The notes below the pieces were generated by a model. The model saw nothing but the letters and a program-made list of their open reading frames with translations. It was not told the origin of the DNA and made no database searches. Of a stretch of 60,239 bases of DNA, positions 1 through 9,908 are shown in pieces (position 1 is the stretch's first letter; each line of letters opens with the position of its first letter). The DNA is from Myxococcales bacterium (lineage in GTDB: Bacteria; Myxococcota; Myxococcia; Myxococcales; Anaeromyxobacteraceae). The DNA is taken from positions 1 through 60,239 of the forward strand of contig JBBQEB010000004.1 in NCBI GenBank assembly GCA_038320275.1, written 5' to 3'. The position numbers and the translations under genes were made by a program.

Positions 1-105
1 CGCGCGCCCGGATCGCCGACCCATACGCCGGGCTTCACCGTGGTGACGACCCCCGACCCCGCGCAGCAGCGCGCCATGGATCTCCTGGAGCGACTCGCCC
101 TGTAG
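1..105 (+). CDS. C-terminal fragment of a probable IS1634-family transposase (runs off the window start)
   Basis: Frame 1 reads ...PGFTVVTTPDPAQQRAMDLLERLAL*, resembling the 'T-P-x-x-x-Q-x-R-A-x-x-L-L' C-terminus typical of IS1634-type transposases. Confidence 0.55.
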   Translation, partial: RAPGSPTHTPGFTVVTTPDPAQQRAMDLLERLAL

Positions 106-205
106 CCAGACGAGCCGCACCTCCACCTTGACCAACCGCCCATCATGACAGCCCAATCCTGCATGGCTCCATACGGAACTTCAGACGAACGGAACTTCAG
201 TCTAG
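1..205 (+). mobile_element. Right end of a putative IS1634-family insertion sequence
   Basis: Transposase-like tail followed by ~100 bp non-coding DNA ending GGAACTTCAGTCTAG; ACGGAACTTCAG is directly repeated at 173-184 and 189-200. Confidence 0.5.
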
Positions 206-465
206 GCGGTACGTATCCGTACGACGGCACGCGTGGCTGACGGACGGGGGCGGCGGCTGCTACTTCTTGGCGGAATGGGACGCGTTGGCAGCGAGCTACT
301 GCTGAACGCCTGCGCTCGACAGTCTTCTGCCAGTGGGCTGGGGGCGAGCCCCGGGCCCGCCGCGCCGGCCAGACGCTGTGCGCGACCGTCGTCGACGACG
401 ATGACCGCCGCTGAGAGTTGACCGTCGTCAGCCCGGGCGCCCAATCACGGGCGCCACCCTCTCGT

Positions 466-1254
466 TCAACTGCTCGCCGACGTGTAGTGCCGGATCGATC
501 GCAGCCAGACGACGCGCGCGAAGGCAGCGAAGAGCGCCGTGCCGCCCAGGGCGGCGAAGGCGGTGCCGGCATCGAGCTTTCCGAGCAGCGCCAGCGCCGG
601 GTAGGTGGTCATGAGCGCGAGCGGGACCACGACGGTGAAGACCACCCGCCAGGCGCCGCGGAAAATGGTCGCGGGCCAGCGCCCGGCATCGAAGATGGAC
701 GAGAAGAGGAAGGACAGATTGTCCACCTTCACCACGAAGAAGGCCGCCGAGACCACCAGGATCCAGAGCGAGTAGAGGGTCACCGCGGCGCACCCGAGGA
801 GCGCCAGCGAGGCGAGCACGTGCGCCGCCGCGGGGATCCGGCCCATGCGGTGGAAGGCCACCCCGAAGATGGCGAGGCCGCCCGCGAGATCGACCAGGCG
901 CCAGGGCTCGAACTTGGCGGTGGAGACGAGGAACTGGGCGTCGGCAGGCTTGAGCAGGATGAAGTCGAGCGTTCCCTTCCGGATGTGCTCCACCACGTTC
1001 GTGAGCGAAGGGTTCACCGCGCCCTCCAGCACGCCTTTCATCACCGTGAACCAGCCCATGACCACCAGCGCCTCCTCGAAGCTCCAGCCGGCCACCGCAT
1101 CGCGGTGCCCGTACACGACGAGCAGCGGCACCAGGGACCAGGCCACCCAGAACAGCGCCAGGAGCCCCTGCCCCGCGAACTCCACCCGGTACTGGAGCGC
1201 GAGCGTGGTGGAGGCGCGGAGCTGCACGCCGAGGAGCCGCAGGTAGCGCCCCAC
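466..1254 (-). CDS. ABC-2 family transporter permease (DUF990-like)
   Basis: 3' part of ORF 466..2283; GTG at 1254; multi-TM; G-T-L-D-F-I-L-L-K-P and RWPATIF motifs. Confidence 0.85.
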   Translation of the reverse strand: MGRYLRLLGVQLRASTTLALQYRVEFAGQGLLALFWVAWSLVPLLVVYGHRDAVAGWSFEEALVVMGWFTVMKGVLEGAVNPSLTNVVEHIRKGTLDFILLKPADAQFLVSTAKFEPWRLVDLAGGLAIFGVAFHRMGRIPAAAHVLASLALLGCAAVTLYSLWILVVSAAFFVVKVDNLSFLFSSIFDAGRWPATIFRGAWRVVFTVVVPLALMTTYPALALLGKLDAGTAFAALGGTALFAAFARVVWLRSIRHYTSASS

Positions 1255-1313
1255 TATCGCCTCGACCCAGGCAGGGTGACGTGACGAGAGCGACGAGACC
1301 GAGGCACCAAGCG

Positions 1314-2111
1314 TCAGCCCCCGAACGCTGCGAAGCGCCGCAGCCCGGCCCGCCAGGCCGCCAGGGCCGCGGCGCAGAGACCGGCGATGAAGAGCCACTG
1401 CACGCCCAGGTCGGTGAAGGCCCTGGCGCGGGACTGCATGCCTGTCACGAGCTCCACCGGGAAGGCCAGCATGTAGCGGAACGGGAGGGCGCGGGCGAGC
1501 GCGGCCACCCAGGGCGGGAAGAGCTCCAGGGGCACCAGATAGCCCGAGAATACGCCGAAGAGCCCCATCCAGATCTCGAACAGCGACCCGGAGGACTCGA
1601 TGTAGAAGGCGAGCGAGCCTACCAGCGACATGGCGAGGAAGGTGATGAGCCAGGCGCCCAGCACCGCCACCGGGAAGAGCGCCAGCAGCAAGGGATCGTG
1701 CGTGACGCGCGAGGGCCCCACCGCAAACAGGAGGAGGAGCGCGATCGGCAGGCAGAGCGCGAGCCGCAGGGGCATGGCGGCGAGGTTCTCGCAGGCATAG
1801 GCGAGGAGCGGATGGACGGGCCGGAGCAGCCGGAAGGCCAGCGTGCCGAGCCGGATCTCCTCGTTCACCGCCCAGATGACCCAGGCGCCGGTGAGGAGCC
1901 GCACCACCAGCGCCGCCAGGAAATAGGCGGCGAAATCGCGCTGGCCGAACCTGCCCACCGGCCCGTCGCGCGCCACCGCGCTCCAGAGCGCCAGCATGAC
2001 GAGCGGCATGTTGGTGGAGAGGAGCCAGATGACGAACTCCGCCCGGTAGGCCACGGCCGCCGACAGGCCCACCTTCAGCATGGTGGGGACGGCGCGCAGG
2101 GGTTGGAGCAT
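1314..2111 (-). CDS. ABC-2 family transporter permease
   Basis: Hydrophobic 265 aa; EIRLGTLAFRLLRP and FSGYLVPLELFP motifs. Confidence 0.85.
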   Translation of the reverse strand: MLQPLRAVPTMLKVGLSAAVAYRAEFVIWLLSTNMPLVMLALWSAVARDGPVGRFGQRDFAAYFLAALVVRLLTGAWVIWAVNEEIRLGTLAFRLLRPVHPLLAYACENLAAMPLRLALCLPIALLLLFAVGPSRVTHDPLLLALFPVAVLGAWLITFLAMSLVGSLAFYIESSGSLFEIWMGLFGVFSGYLVPLELFPPWVAALARALPFRYMLAFPVELVTGMQSRARAFTDLGVQWLFIAGLCAAALAAWRAGLRRFAAFGG

Positions 2112-2120
2112 CGGGGGGGG

Positions 2121-3071
2121 TTACCCGTACGCCTCGGTCGTCAAGTGCGCCTCGGGGACGCCGATCTCCTGGAGGGCGGCGAGCGCCGTCTCGAGGAAGC
2201 GCGGCTGAACCTCCTCCCCCTTCTCCTTCGCGGCCGCGCGCTCGAACTTGCCCACCGCGGGGCCGCAGGCGAACACCCGGCACGTCTTCACGTCCGGCAC
2301 CACCTCCTGCAGCAGCGCCGCAGAGATCCGTCCCTTGCGCGCGTCCGGGCCATGGGCCTCGGGATTGTCCTCGCGCGACAGCGCGTGCACCACCCGTAGC
2401 CGGTCGGGGTGGCGCTCCCGCAGTTCGTCGAGCTGCCGCCGGAAGATGACGTCGCGCCAGGTCTTGTTGGCGTAGATGAAGGTGTGGCGGAGCTGCGGCA
2501 CGAAGGCGAGCGCGTGCTTCAGGATGGCGAAATTGGGCACCGAGCCGGAGCCCGCCACCAGGTGCACGAGGTGGTCGGTCTTGAAGGCGATGTCGGCCGG
2601 CATGACGTAGGGCCCCGTGAAGCCCACGATCTTCACCCGCTGCCCACGCGCCATTCCCTTCACCAGCAGCGGCGAGAGGAGCGGCGGGTAGCGGGTGGTG
2701 CCCTTGATGAACGGCTCCTCCTTCACCGTGACGGCCAGGTACTTCTCGGAGGGCGCCGACGACATGGAGTAGGCGCGCGGCGGCTCGCGCCTACCCTTCA
2801 CGTGCTCGAAGTAGGCGAGGAAGCGCTCCAGCTCCTCGAACTGGTGCGCGTCGATGGTGAGGAAGTGGCCCGCCTCGTAGTCGAGCCGCTCGTTGCCCGT
2901 GAAGAGGACCAGCGTCGCCGCGTCGTGAGTCTCCTTCACCACGTCGACGACGATGGCCTCCAGCTCCTTGATGCGCTTGCGCGGCTTCTCCGGAGCGGGC
3001 GCGGGTCCGCTGCGGGTGGGCGCCGCGAGCGGGGTGGCGAGGCTCTCGCCGTCGAGGGTGCTCGTGCTCAT
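2121..3071 (-). CDS. FAD/NAD(P)-binding oxidoreductase, ferredoxin-NADP reductase-like
   Basis: RAYSMSS (FAD), AGSGSVP (NAD) and ACGP motifs; ATG at 3071 overlaps the upstream stop (ATGA). Confidence 0.8.
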   Translation of the reverse strand: MSTSTLDGESLATPLAAPTRSGPAPAPEKPRKRIKELEAIVVDVVKETHDAATLVLFTGNERLDYEAGHFLTIDAHQFEELERFLAYFEHVKGRREPPRAYSMSSAPSEKYLAVTVKEEPFIKGTTRYPPLLSPLLVKGMARGQRVKIVGFTGPYVMPADIAFKTDHLVHLVAGSGSVPNFAILKHALAFVPQLRHTFIYANKTWRDVIFRRQLDELRERHPDRLRVVHALSREDNPEAHGPDARKGRISAALLQEVVPDVKTCRVFACGPAVGKFERAAAKEKGEEVQPRFLETALAALQEIGVPEAHLTTEAYG

Positions 3072-5017
3072 GGTGCCTCCAGCCAGGTGCCGAACGCGTC
3101 GAAGGAGAAGGGCCTGCCGAGGAACGCCTGGACGAGCTCGGCGGCTGGGCGGGAGCCGCCCGGCTCGAGGATGGCCTTGCGATACCGGGCCGCCGGGGCG
3201 GGAGCGAGGAGCCCCTCCCGCCGGAACACCGTGAAGAGATCCTTCGCGATGACGAGCGACCACATGTACGTGTAGTAGAGCGCGGAGTAGCCGTCGAGGT
3301 GGCCGAAGGAGGCGTGGAAGAAGGTGCCCTCGACGTGCCGGAAGGGCGTGTACCGCTCCTGCAGCTCGGCGACCAGCGCGGTGGTGTCGAGCCCCTCCGG
3401 CGGCCGCCGGTGCAGCTCCAGGGAGAGCGCGGCGTAGAACATCTGCTGACCCACCCAGAGCCCCTTCCCGTACGCATCCGCCGCGCGCATCCGCCCGACC
3501 AGCTCCGCCGGGATGGGCTCCCCGGTGTCCACGTGGCGGGCGAAGGTGGCGAGCGCCTCCGCATCCCACACCCACTCCTCCAGCATCTGCGAGGGAGCCT
3601 CCACGAAGTCCCATTCCGTGGCGACGCCGGACTGCGTGGCGTAGCGCACGCCGCCGCCGAGCACGTGGTGCATGAGGTGCCCGAGCTCGTGCAGGAAGGT
3701 TCGCACGTCGCCGTGCTCCAGGAGGGCGGGCTCGGCCCCGGGGCGCGGAAAGTTGCACACCAGCACCCCCTCGGGCAGCCGACGACCCGCCACGCCGGAG
3801 GCCAGCGTGAACTGCGCGTAGTGCTTGTACTTGCCCTCCCGCGGATGCATGTCGAGGTAGATGCGGCCGGCGAGCCGTTCCCCCACCAGCACGTCGTGCG
3901 CCTTCACCTCCGGGTGCCACACCGGCGCGCCGGGCACCGGCCGGAAGGAGACCCCGAAGATGCGGCCGCAGAGCGCGAGCACGCCTGCTTCCACCCTCGC
4001 GTACTCGAAGTAAGGGCGTGCCTCGCGCGCATCCGACCCGTGGTGCTCCGCCTTGATGCGCTCCTGCAGGTAGGAGGAGTCCCAGCCATCGACCCGTTCC
4101 GCGCCGGGGTCGTCCAGCCGCTTGCGTTCCAGGAGCTGTGCCTGGTCTCGCCGCAGGCGCTCCGCCGACGCGGCGGTGACGCGGGCGATGAAGTCGGCGG
4201 CCGCGACTTCACTGCCGATCATCTTGTCCTCGGTGGCGTAGGCGGCCCAGCTCGGATAGCCGAGCAGGTTCGCCAGCTCCGCGCGCCGGGAGAGGAGCCG
4301 GTCCAGCACCTCGAGGTTGCCTGGCGAGCCGCGCTGCCGGTAGGCGCGCCAGAGCGCCTCGCGCGCCCGAGAGCTCCGCGCGTAGGTGATGAACGGAAGG
4401 TAGTCGGTGTTGTCGGTGGTGAGCACCACCGCGCCGTCGGGGCCGGGAGGATGCGCGCGCACGAAGTCGTCCGGCAGTCCCGCCAGCTCCCCCGGCGCGA
4501 GCCGCACCGCGCGCACGTCGTCCCGCACGTTGCGGCCGAACTCCTGCCCGATGCGGAGGAGCTCGTCCCGGAGCGCGCGCACCCGGGCGCGGGTGGGCTC
4601 GTCGCGATCGACGCCGGCCCGGCGGAAGTCCCGGACCGCTTTGGTGGCGAGCTGGCGCGCGTCCGGATCGAGCCCGGAGAGCCCCACGGCGCGGATCGCC
4701 TGGTAGAGGCGGCCGTCCAGGGAGAGCTCGGTGGCCGCGGCGTCGACCTCGGCCTCGCAGCGTTCAGCAGCGTCCCGCAGGGCTGCGTCCGGATGGACGT
4801 TCCGGCAGAGGCTGGCGCGCGCCCCGGCGTCGGAGAGCTCGCCCAGCGCGCCGTCGTACACGGCCAGCACCGCCTCGGGCTCGAGAGGCGGATCGGCGCG
4901 GACGAGGTGCTCGGTGGCGGCGCGGGCTCGAGCGATGGCCTCCCGGCAGCTGTGGACCAGCGACTCGGGAGTGCCCGTGAGCGCGCGCGCGGCCTCGGGC
5001 GCTGCGGAGAGGGGCAT
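3068..5017 (-). CDS. M3 family zinc oligopeptidase (thimet oligopeptidase-like)
   Basis: HELGH zinc motif, DFVEAPSQMLE, FGHL..Y..YYTYMWS. Confidence 0.93.
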   Translation of the reverse strand: MPLSAAPEAARALTGTPESLVHSCREAIARARAATEHLVRADPPLEPEAVLAVYDGALGELSDAGARASLCRNVHPDAALRDAAERCEAEVDAAATELSLDGRLYQAIRAVGLSGLDPDARQLATKAVRDFRRAGVDRDEPTRARVRALRDELLRIGQEFGRNVRDDVRAVRLAPGELAGLPDDFVRAHPPGPDGAVVLTTDNTDYLPFITYARSSRAREALWRAYRQRGSPGNLEVLDRLLSRRAELANLLGYPSWAAYATEDKMIGSEVAAADFIARVTAASAERLRRDQAQLLERKRLDDPGAERVDGWDSSYLQERIKAEHHGSDAREARPYFEYARVEAGVLALCGRIFGVSFRPVPGAPVWHPEVKAHDVLVGERLAGRIYLDMHPREGKYKHYAQFTLASGVAGRRLPEGVLVCNFPRPGAEPALLEHGDVRTFLHELGHLMHHVLGGGVRYATQSGVATEWDFVEAPSQMLEEWVWDAEALATFARHVDTGEPIPAELVGRMRAADAYGKGLWVGQQMFYAALSLELHRRPPEGLDTTALVAELQERYTPFRHVEGTFFHASFGHLDGYSALYYTYMWSLVIAKDLFTVFRREGLLAPAPAARYRKAILEPGGSRPAAELVQAFLGRPFSFDAFGTWLEAP

Positions 5018-5103
5018 CGCTCCGCTTTAACGCGGCGAGGACGCCTGCGCCCTCCGTCTCGGCGGCCAGCGGGCGCGAGGAGGCCCGCCGCGCCCCCCGC
5101 CCG

Positions 5104-6102
5104 CTAGAGCTCGGCCTTCATCTCGCGCGTCATGAGCTCGGTGACGGCGCCACGGGGATCCCGGCCATCGTAGAGCACCCGGTACACCATCTCGCTGATG
5201 GGCATGTCCACGCCGAGCTTCCTCGACATCGCGTGCACGCTCTTCGCATTGAGCACGCCCTCGGCGACCTGGCCCAGCTCGCGCTGGATCTCCTCGAGCT
5301 TCTTGCCCCGTCCCAGCCCGAACCCGACCGTGTGGTTGCGGGAGAGGTCGGAGGAGCAGGTGAGGACGAGGTCGCCCAGGCCGGAGAGGCCGGAGAGCGT
5401 CATGGGGTTCGCGCCCTTCCGGACCGCGAGCCGGCTGATCTCGGTGAGCCCACGCGTGATGAGCGCAGCCCGGGCGTTGGCACCGAAGCCCATTCCGTCG
5501 GAGAGGCCGGCCGCGATGGCGACCACGTTCTTCACGCAGCCGCCGACCTCGATGCCGACGATGTCGGTGGAGGTGTAGGGGCGAAAGGTCTTGGTGTGGA
5601 AGGCGTCCTGCACGACCTTCGAGATCCGCTCCCAGCGCCCGGCGATGGTCACCGCGGTGGGCAGGCCCTTTGCGACCTCCTTCGCGAACGAGGGGCCGGA
5701 GAGGAAGGTGAGATACGGGTGCATGGGCACCGGCAGCACGTCCTCCAGCACCTCGCTCATGGTCATGAGCGTGTCCACCTCGATGCCTTTGGCCACCGAG
5801 CAGAAGGGGATGCCCGCGTGCAGGTGGTGCTTCGCCTCGATGGTCGCCGGCCGCATGGCGTGGGAGGGCACCGCGAAGACGACGAGCTCCGCCCCCTCGA
5901 GCGCTCTGCCGATGTCGGCTGTGGCCCCCAGCGTCGGGGGCAGCTCGACGCCGGGGAGGTAGCGGGCGTTCTGGTGGGTCCGGGCGATCCCCTCCAGGAC
6001 CGGGACGTCCTTGTCCCACAGCGTGACGGGATAGCCCTTCGAGGCGAGGGTGGCTCCGAGCGCGGTTCCCCAGGAACCAGCGCCAAGGACGGTCGAGCGC
6101 AT
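5104..6102 (-). CDS. gpsA: NAD(P)H-dependent glycerol-3-phosphate dehydrogenase
   Basis: [39 protein letters not shown] motifs; ATG at 6102. Confidence 0.96.
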   Translation of the reverse strand: MRSTVLGAGSWGTALGATLASKGYPVTLWDKDVPVLEGIARTHQNARYLPGVELPPTLGATADIGRALEGAELVVFAVPSHAMRPATIEAKHHLHAGIPFCSVAKGIEVDTLMTMSEVLEDVLPVPMHPYLTFLSGPSFAKEVAKGLPTAVTIAGRWERISKVVQDAFHTKTFRPYTSTDIVGIEVGGCVKNVVAIAAGLSDGMGFGANARAALITRGLTEISRLAVRKGANPMTLSGLSGLGDLVLTCSSDLSRNHTVGFGLGRGKKLEEIQRELGQVAEGVLNAKSVHAMSRKLGVDMPISEMVYRVLYDGRDPRGAVTELMTREMKAEL

Positions 6103-6199
6103 GAGTGATCTCCTTTGTCGCGCATCGTAGACCGGCTCCGACCCTGCGCGGTGCGTCAATCGAGCGTGCTTCAGGGGGCGCGCGCGCGTCACCTCGCCA

Positions 6200-7279
6200 T
6201 CAGCTGAGGGCGAGCTGCAGGAGCCCCGCGAAGAGCCGTGGTGAGCGGGCGAGTGACCGGAGGAGGGGCGCGCGCATCGCGGGCCTCCGCGCGAGCCCGA
6301 GCACGAGGCTGGTGGCCGCCGCGTAGCGGGCGAACCGGACCCGCTCGCCGCGGGCCCAGCGGGCGAGGGACGGGGCAGTCGCACCGCGGGAGAGCGCGCG
6401 CGGGAGCTCCTCGGCCAGCGCGAGCGCCCCCTGCAGGGCGAGAGACACGCCCTCTCCCGTGATGGCGTCGAGGTAGCCGGCGGCATCGCCCGCGAGCACG
6501 AGCCGGTGGGCCACCCGAGCGGAGGCGACGCGCGCCAGCGGGCCCATGCCGGCAGGCCTCGACGCGAAGGGCGCGCCACCGAGCCGCTCGCGCAGGGCCG
6601 GGAAGCGCGCCAGGAGCTCGGCGTGCCCCGAGCGCGAGGCCTCCTCGCAGAGGAACGCGACGCCGACGAGCCTCGGCCCCACCGGCGTCACGTACGCCTC
6701 GACTCCCTCCCCGAAGTGCACCTCGACGGCCTCGCTCCAGGGGGCGAGCGCGAAGTGGCGCCGCAGCCCGAACCGCCGCGGGGCCGAGGAGGGCCGGCTC
6801 AGCCCCTCGCGCTCCCGCACCGCGGAGGCGAGCCCGTCGGCGGCCACGAGGAGCTTCGCGCGCTCGGTCCGGCCCTCGAGGTCCACCTGCACCTCCTGGG
6901 CGAGCCGCCGGTGACCGCGGACGGTGGCGGCCTCGCGCACCTCCGCCCCGACCTCCAGGGCGCGGGCGCGCAGCGCCTCGGAGAGGCCGGTCCTCCGCAC
7001 GCCCAGGCCGCCTGCGCCGGGGAGGCGCGCCTCAGCCTGCACCTCTCCATCGATCCACCGGATTGCACGGATGGGGGCGACGCGGTCCGCCGGGAGATGG
7101 GCGCGCGCGCCGAGCGCCTCGAGCGCCCGCGCGCCGGCCGGGAGGATCCCCTCGCCACAGGCCTTGTCGGCTGGCAGGGCGCCGCGCTCCAGCACCAGCA
7201 CCTCGAGGCCCCGCTGCGCGGCGGCGATGGCGACCGCCAGCCCCGCCGGTCCGCCGCCGACGACGACGAGGTCACGCAT
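6200..7279 (-). CDS. FAD-dependent oxidoreductase/monooxygenase
   Basis: GGGPAG Rossmann motif, [25 protein letters not shown]. Confidence 0.85.
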   Translation of the reverse strand: MRDLVVVGGGPAGLAVAIAAAQRGLEVLVLERGALPADKACGEGILPAGARALEALGARAHLPADRVAPIRAIRWIDGEVQAEARLPGAGGLGVRRTGLSEALRARALEVGAEVREAATVRGHRRLAQEVQVDLEGRTERAKLLVAADGLASAVREREGLSRPSSAPRRFGLRRHFALAPWSEAVEVHFGEGVEAYVTPVGPRLVGVAFLCEEASRSGHAELLARFPALRERLGGAPFASRPAGMGPLARVASARVAHRLVLAGDAAGYLDAITGEGVSLALQGALALAEELPRALSRGATAPSLARWARGERVRFARYAAATSLVLGLARRPAMRAPLLRSLARSPRLFAGLLQLALS

Positions 7280-7297
7280 CGCGAGCCCTCGCCCGGC

Positions 7298-9082
7298 TCA
7301 TCCGTCGCCCTCCGGGGCGCCCGCCGGGGTGCGCAGCCGCGCCCGCGCGAAGGCCAGCGCCGAGCGGGCCATGCGCGTCGCGACGCCCAGCGCGGTCACC
7401 CTCGCGGGCGGGGCGAGCTCGCGCGCATGCCAGCGCCGCAGCGCCTCGCCCCGGCGCATCTTGCCAGAGGAGGTTCGCGGGAGCGTTCCCGGCGCGAGGA
7501 GCTCGACCGCGTGGGCGCGGACGCCCGTGGCCCGCAGGATGGCCTCGCGCGCAGCCTCGGTCACCGCCGCGTCGGGCGCGCCGCCACCATCGCGCTCGGC
7601 GAGCACCAGGAGCCTCTCGCCCTCGCCGGAGGGATCGAACGGGAGCGCGACGGCGCAGCCGGCCCGGATCCCAGGCACGCCGTCGAGAGGCGCCTCCAGC
7701 TCGTCCGGCGCGTGGTTGGCGCCGCGCAGGACGAGGACGTCCTTCGACCTTCCGTGAACGTAGAGCTCGCCTCCGGCGTGGAAGCCGAGATCGCCCGTGT
7801 CGAGCCAGCCGCCCCGCAGCGCCTCCGCCGTGGCGCGGGGCTGCCCGAGGTAGCCCTGCATGATGGACGGCCCGCGCACGAAGATCCCGCCCAGCCTCCG
7901 CTCCGGGAGCGGTTCGCCGGACGCGCCCCGCACCTCGACCTCCACGCCTGGGATCGGCACGCCCACCGACACCACCTCGCGGCTCCCCTCCTCCACCGCG
8001 CCGCGTGCGGCGAGAGCCACCGGGTCGAGCGCGAGCGACCGCCAGGGCTGGCCCGGGGGCGTGAAGGTCACCGCCAGCGCCGCCTCGGAGAGGCCGTAGA
8101 CGGGGAGCAGCGCCTCCGGCCGGAAGCCGAAGGGGGCGAAGCGGGCGGCGAAGCGGCGCTGCGCGGCGGCCGAGATGGGCTCGGCGCCGTTGAGCGCGAC
8201 TCGCCAGCCCCCGAGGTCGATGCCGGCGAGGTCGACGTCGCGCACGCGCTCCGCGGCGTAGGCGTAGGCGAAGCTGGGCGCGGCGGCGATGGTGCCGCGG
8301 TGGCGACCCAGCGCGCGAAGCCAGAGCGCCGGCCGGGCGAGGAAGTGCTCGGGGGGGATGAGCACCGCCGGCCCCGGACAGCTGGCGGCGCCGAGGAGGC
8401 CTCCGATGAGCCCCATGTCGTGGTAGAGGGGCAGCCAGGAGACGAGCCCGTCGGCGGGCGTGGCGCCCAGCATCTGCAGCACCGAGGCGGTCTGCGCCAC
8501 CACGTTGGCGTGGGTGAGCGCGACCGGCTTCGGATCGACGGTGGAGCCCGACGAGAACTGCACCAGCGCCAGGTCGCCGGGCAGGACCTCGCGCGCGAGC
8601 TCGGACCGCCCCTGCAGCAGCGCCTCCACCTCGAGGCAACCGAGCGCGGGCCGGGCGCGCTCCGCGACCTCGCCCAGGAGCCGGCGCACCGTACCGCCCG
8701 CGACGAGGACGCGCGCCCCGGAGACCTGGACCATGCGCGCGGTGGCCAGGACGTACTCGTCCATGCGCCCGAGGCGCACCGGCGGGTAGAGCGGCACCGG
8801 CACCGCGCCCGCCAGGAGCGCGCCGAAGAAGGCGTCGAGGAAGCCCGGTTCGGTGCGCAGCACGATCGCCACCCGGTCGCCCGGCTCGACGCCGCGGTCG
8901 GCAAGCGAGGCCGCCACCCGCCGGGCGCGCGCGCGCACCTCGCTCCAGGTCAGCCGCTCCTCGGCCTCGCGCAGATCGACGAAGGTGACGCCCGATGGGT
9001 GGGCGGCGGCCTGCGCGAGAAGCCCGTTCACCGTCGGTGATCGGGGGACAGGCTGCGGCGCGCCCTCGAGCCTCGTCCTCAC
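7298..9082 (-). CDS. Fatty acyl-AMP ligase (FAAL)
   Basis: QFSSGSTVDPK, SWLPLYHDMGLIG, YGLSE, DTGDLG, LPRTSSGK; adjacent ACP gene. Confidence 0.9.
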   Translation of the reverse strand: MRTRLEGAPQPVPRSPTVNGLLAQAAAHPSGVTFVDLREAEERLTWSEVRARARRVAASLADRGVEPGDRVAIVLRTEPGFLDAFFGALLAGAVPVPLYPPVRLGRMDEYVLATARMVQVSGARVLVAGGTVRRLLGEVAERARPALGCLEVEALLQGRSELAREVLPGDLALVQFSSGSTVDPKPVALTHANVVAQTASVLQMLGATPADGLVSWLPLYHDMGLIGGLLGAASCPGPAVLIPPEHFLARPALWLRALGRHRGTIAAAPSFAYAYAAERVRDVDLAGIDLGGWRVALNGAEPISAAAQRRFAARFAPFGFRPEALLPVYGLSEAALAVTFTPPGQPWRSLALDPVALAARGAVEEGSREVVSVGVPIPGVEVEVRGASGEPLPERRLGGIFVRGPSIMQGYLGQPRATAEALRGGWLDTGDLGFHAGGELYVHGRSKDVLVLRGANHAPDELEAPLDGVPGIRAGCAVALPFDPSGEGERLLVLAERDGGGAPDAAVTEAAREAILRATGVRAHAVELLAPGTLPRTSSGKMRRGEALRRWHARELAPPARVTALGVATRMARSALAFARARLRTPAGAPEGDG

Positions 9083-9345
9083 CCCGCGCCCTCACCCGAA
9101 GCTCCACCCGCGAGCTTGCCCTGGACGAGCCGGGCCAGGCCGGCGAGGCTCCGGGTCCCCGCGGCGTCGTCCTCGGTGAGCTTCACGCGCCAGCGATCTT
9201 CCACCGCCACCACGAGCGACAGCAGCGCCAGCGAGTCGAGGCGGCTCGCGAGCTCCTCGTCGTCCAGCCCGTTCCACGCGAGCCCCAGCTCGTCTCTCGC
9301 GAGGCGCCGGATCTCGAGCGCGATTGCGGTCTCCTCGGGGGTCAT
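9079..9345 (-). CDS. Acyl carrier protein
   Basis: 88 aa acidic protein with LDSL phosphopantetheinylation motif; coupled to both neighbours by 4-bp overlaps. Confidence 0.85.
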   Translation of the reverse strand: MTPEETAIALEIRRLARDELGLAWNGLDDEELASRLDSLALLSLVVAVEDRWRVKLTEDDAAGTRSLAGLARLVQGKLAGGASGEGAG

Positions 9346-9908
9346 CGGGCGCTCCCCGGCAGGAAGCGGGGCCGGCCCCCGAGCTCGGCCGACCAGGCGT
9401 CTCCCAGCGCCCGCTCCTCGGTCGTCACACGCACCGTGAGCAGGCCGGCGTTGGCGAGGGAAAAGGCGAGCGCGGTGCGCCAGGATCCCCAGGCCAGAGG
9501 AAGGCAGGCGAGCTCCGCGATGACGGCGAGGTAGTTGGGATGGCGCAGCCAGCGGTACGGCCCCCCCACCACCGGGGCGCTCCCCGGCAGCACCACCACC
9601 CGCGTGCTCCAGCGCTCGCCGAGGGTGGAGATGGCCCACCAGCGAAGCCCCTGCGCCGCGACCGCTCCGGCAGCGGCGGCGAGCGCGATGGGCGGCGGCG
9701 GCTCGGGGCGCGCCAGGGCCTCGCCGGCACAGGCGGCGAGGAAGCCCGCGTGCAGCAGGACCATGGCGGGGTAATGGCCGCGCCCGTGCTCGACGCCGCC
9801 GCGGGCGAGCAGCCGGCGCGCATTGCGCGCGGAGAGCGCGAGCTCGATCACGCGCTCTCCGCCCACCAGGGCGAGGAGCCCGAGATAAGCGCGGAGCGGC
9901 GTCACCAT
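9342..9908 (-). CDS. Isoprenylcysteine carboxyl methyltransferase family protein (SrsB/BpsB-like)
   Basis: GPYRWLRHPNY motif, membrane-hydrophobic; directly downstream of the type III PKS. Confidence 0.88.
   Translation of the reverse strand: MVTPLRAYLGLLALVGGERVIELALSARNARRLLARGGVEHGRGHYPAMVLLHAGFLAACAGEALARPEPPPPIALAAAAGAVAAQGLRWWAISTLGERWSTRVVVLPGSAPVVGGPYRWLRHPNYLAVIAELACLPLAWGSWRTALAFSLANAGLLTVRVTTEERALGDAWSAELGGRPRFLPGSAR

Noticed and set aside
2113..2120. G8 homopolymer as a phase-variation switch
   Set aside because: Short, intergenic and unremarkable at this GC content.
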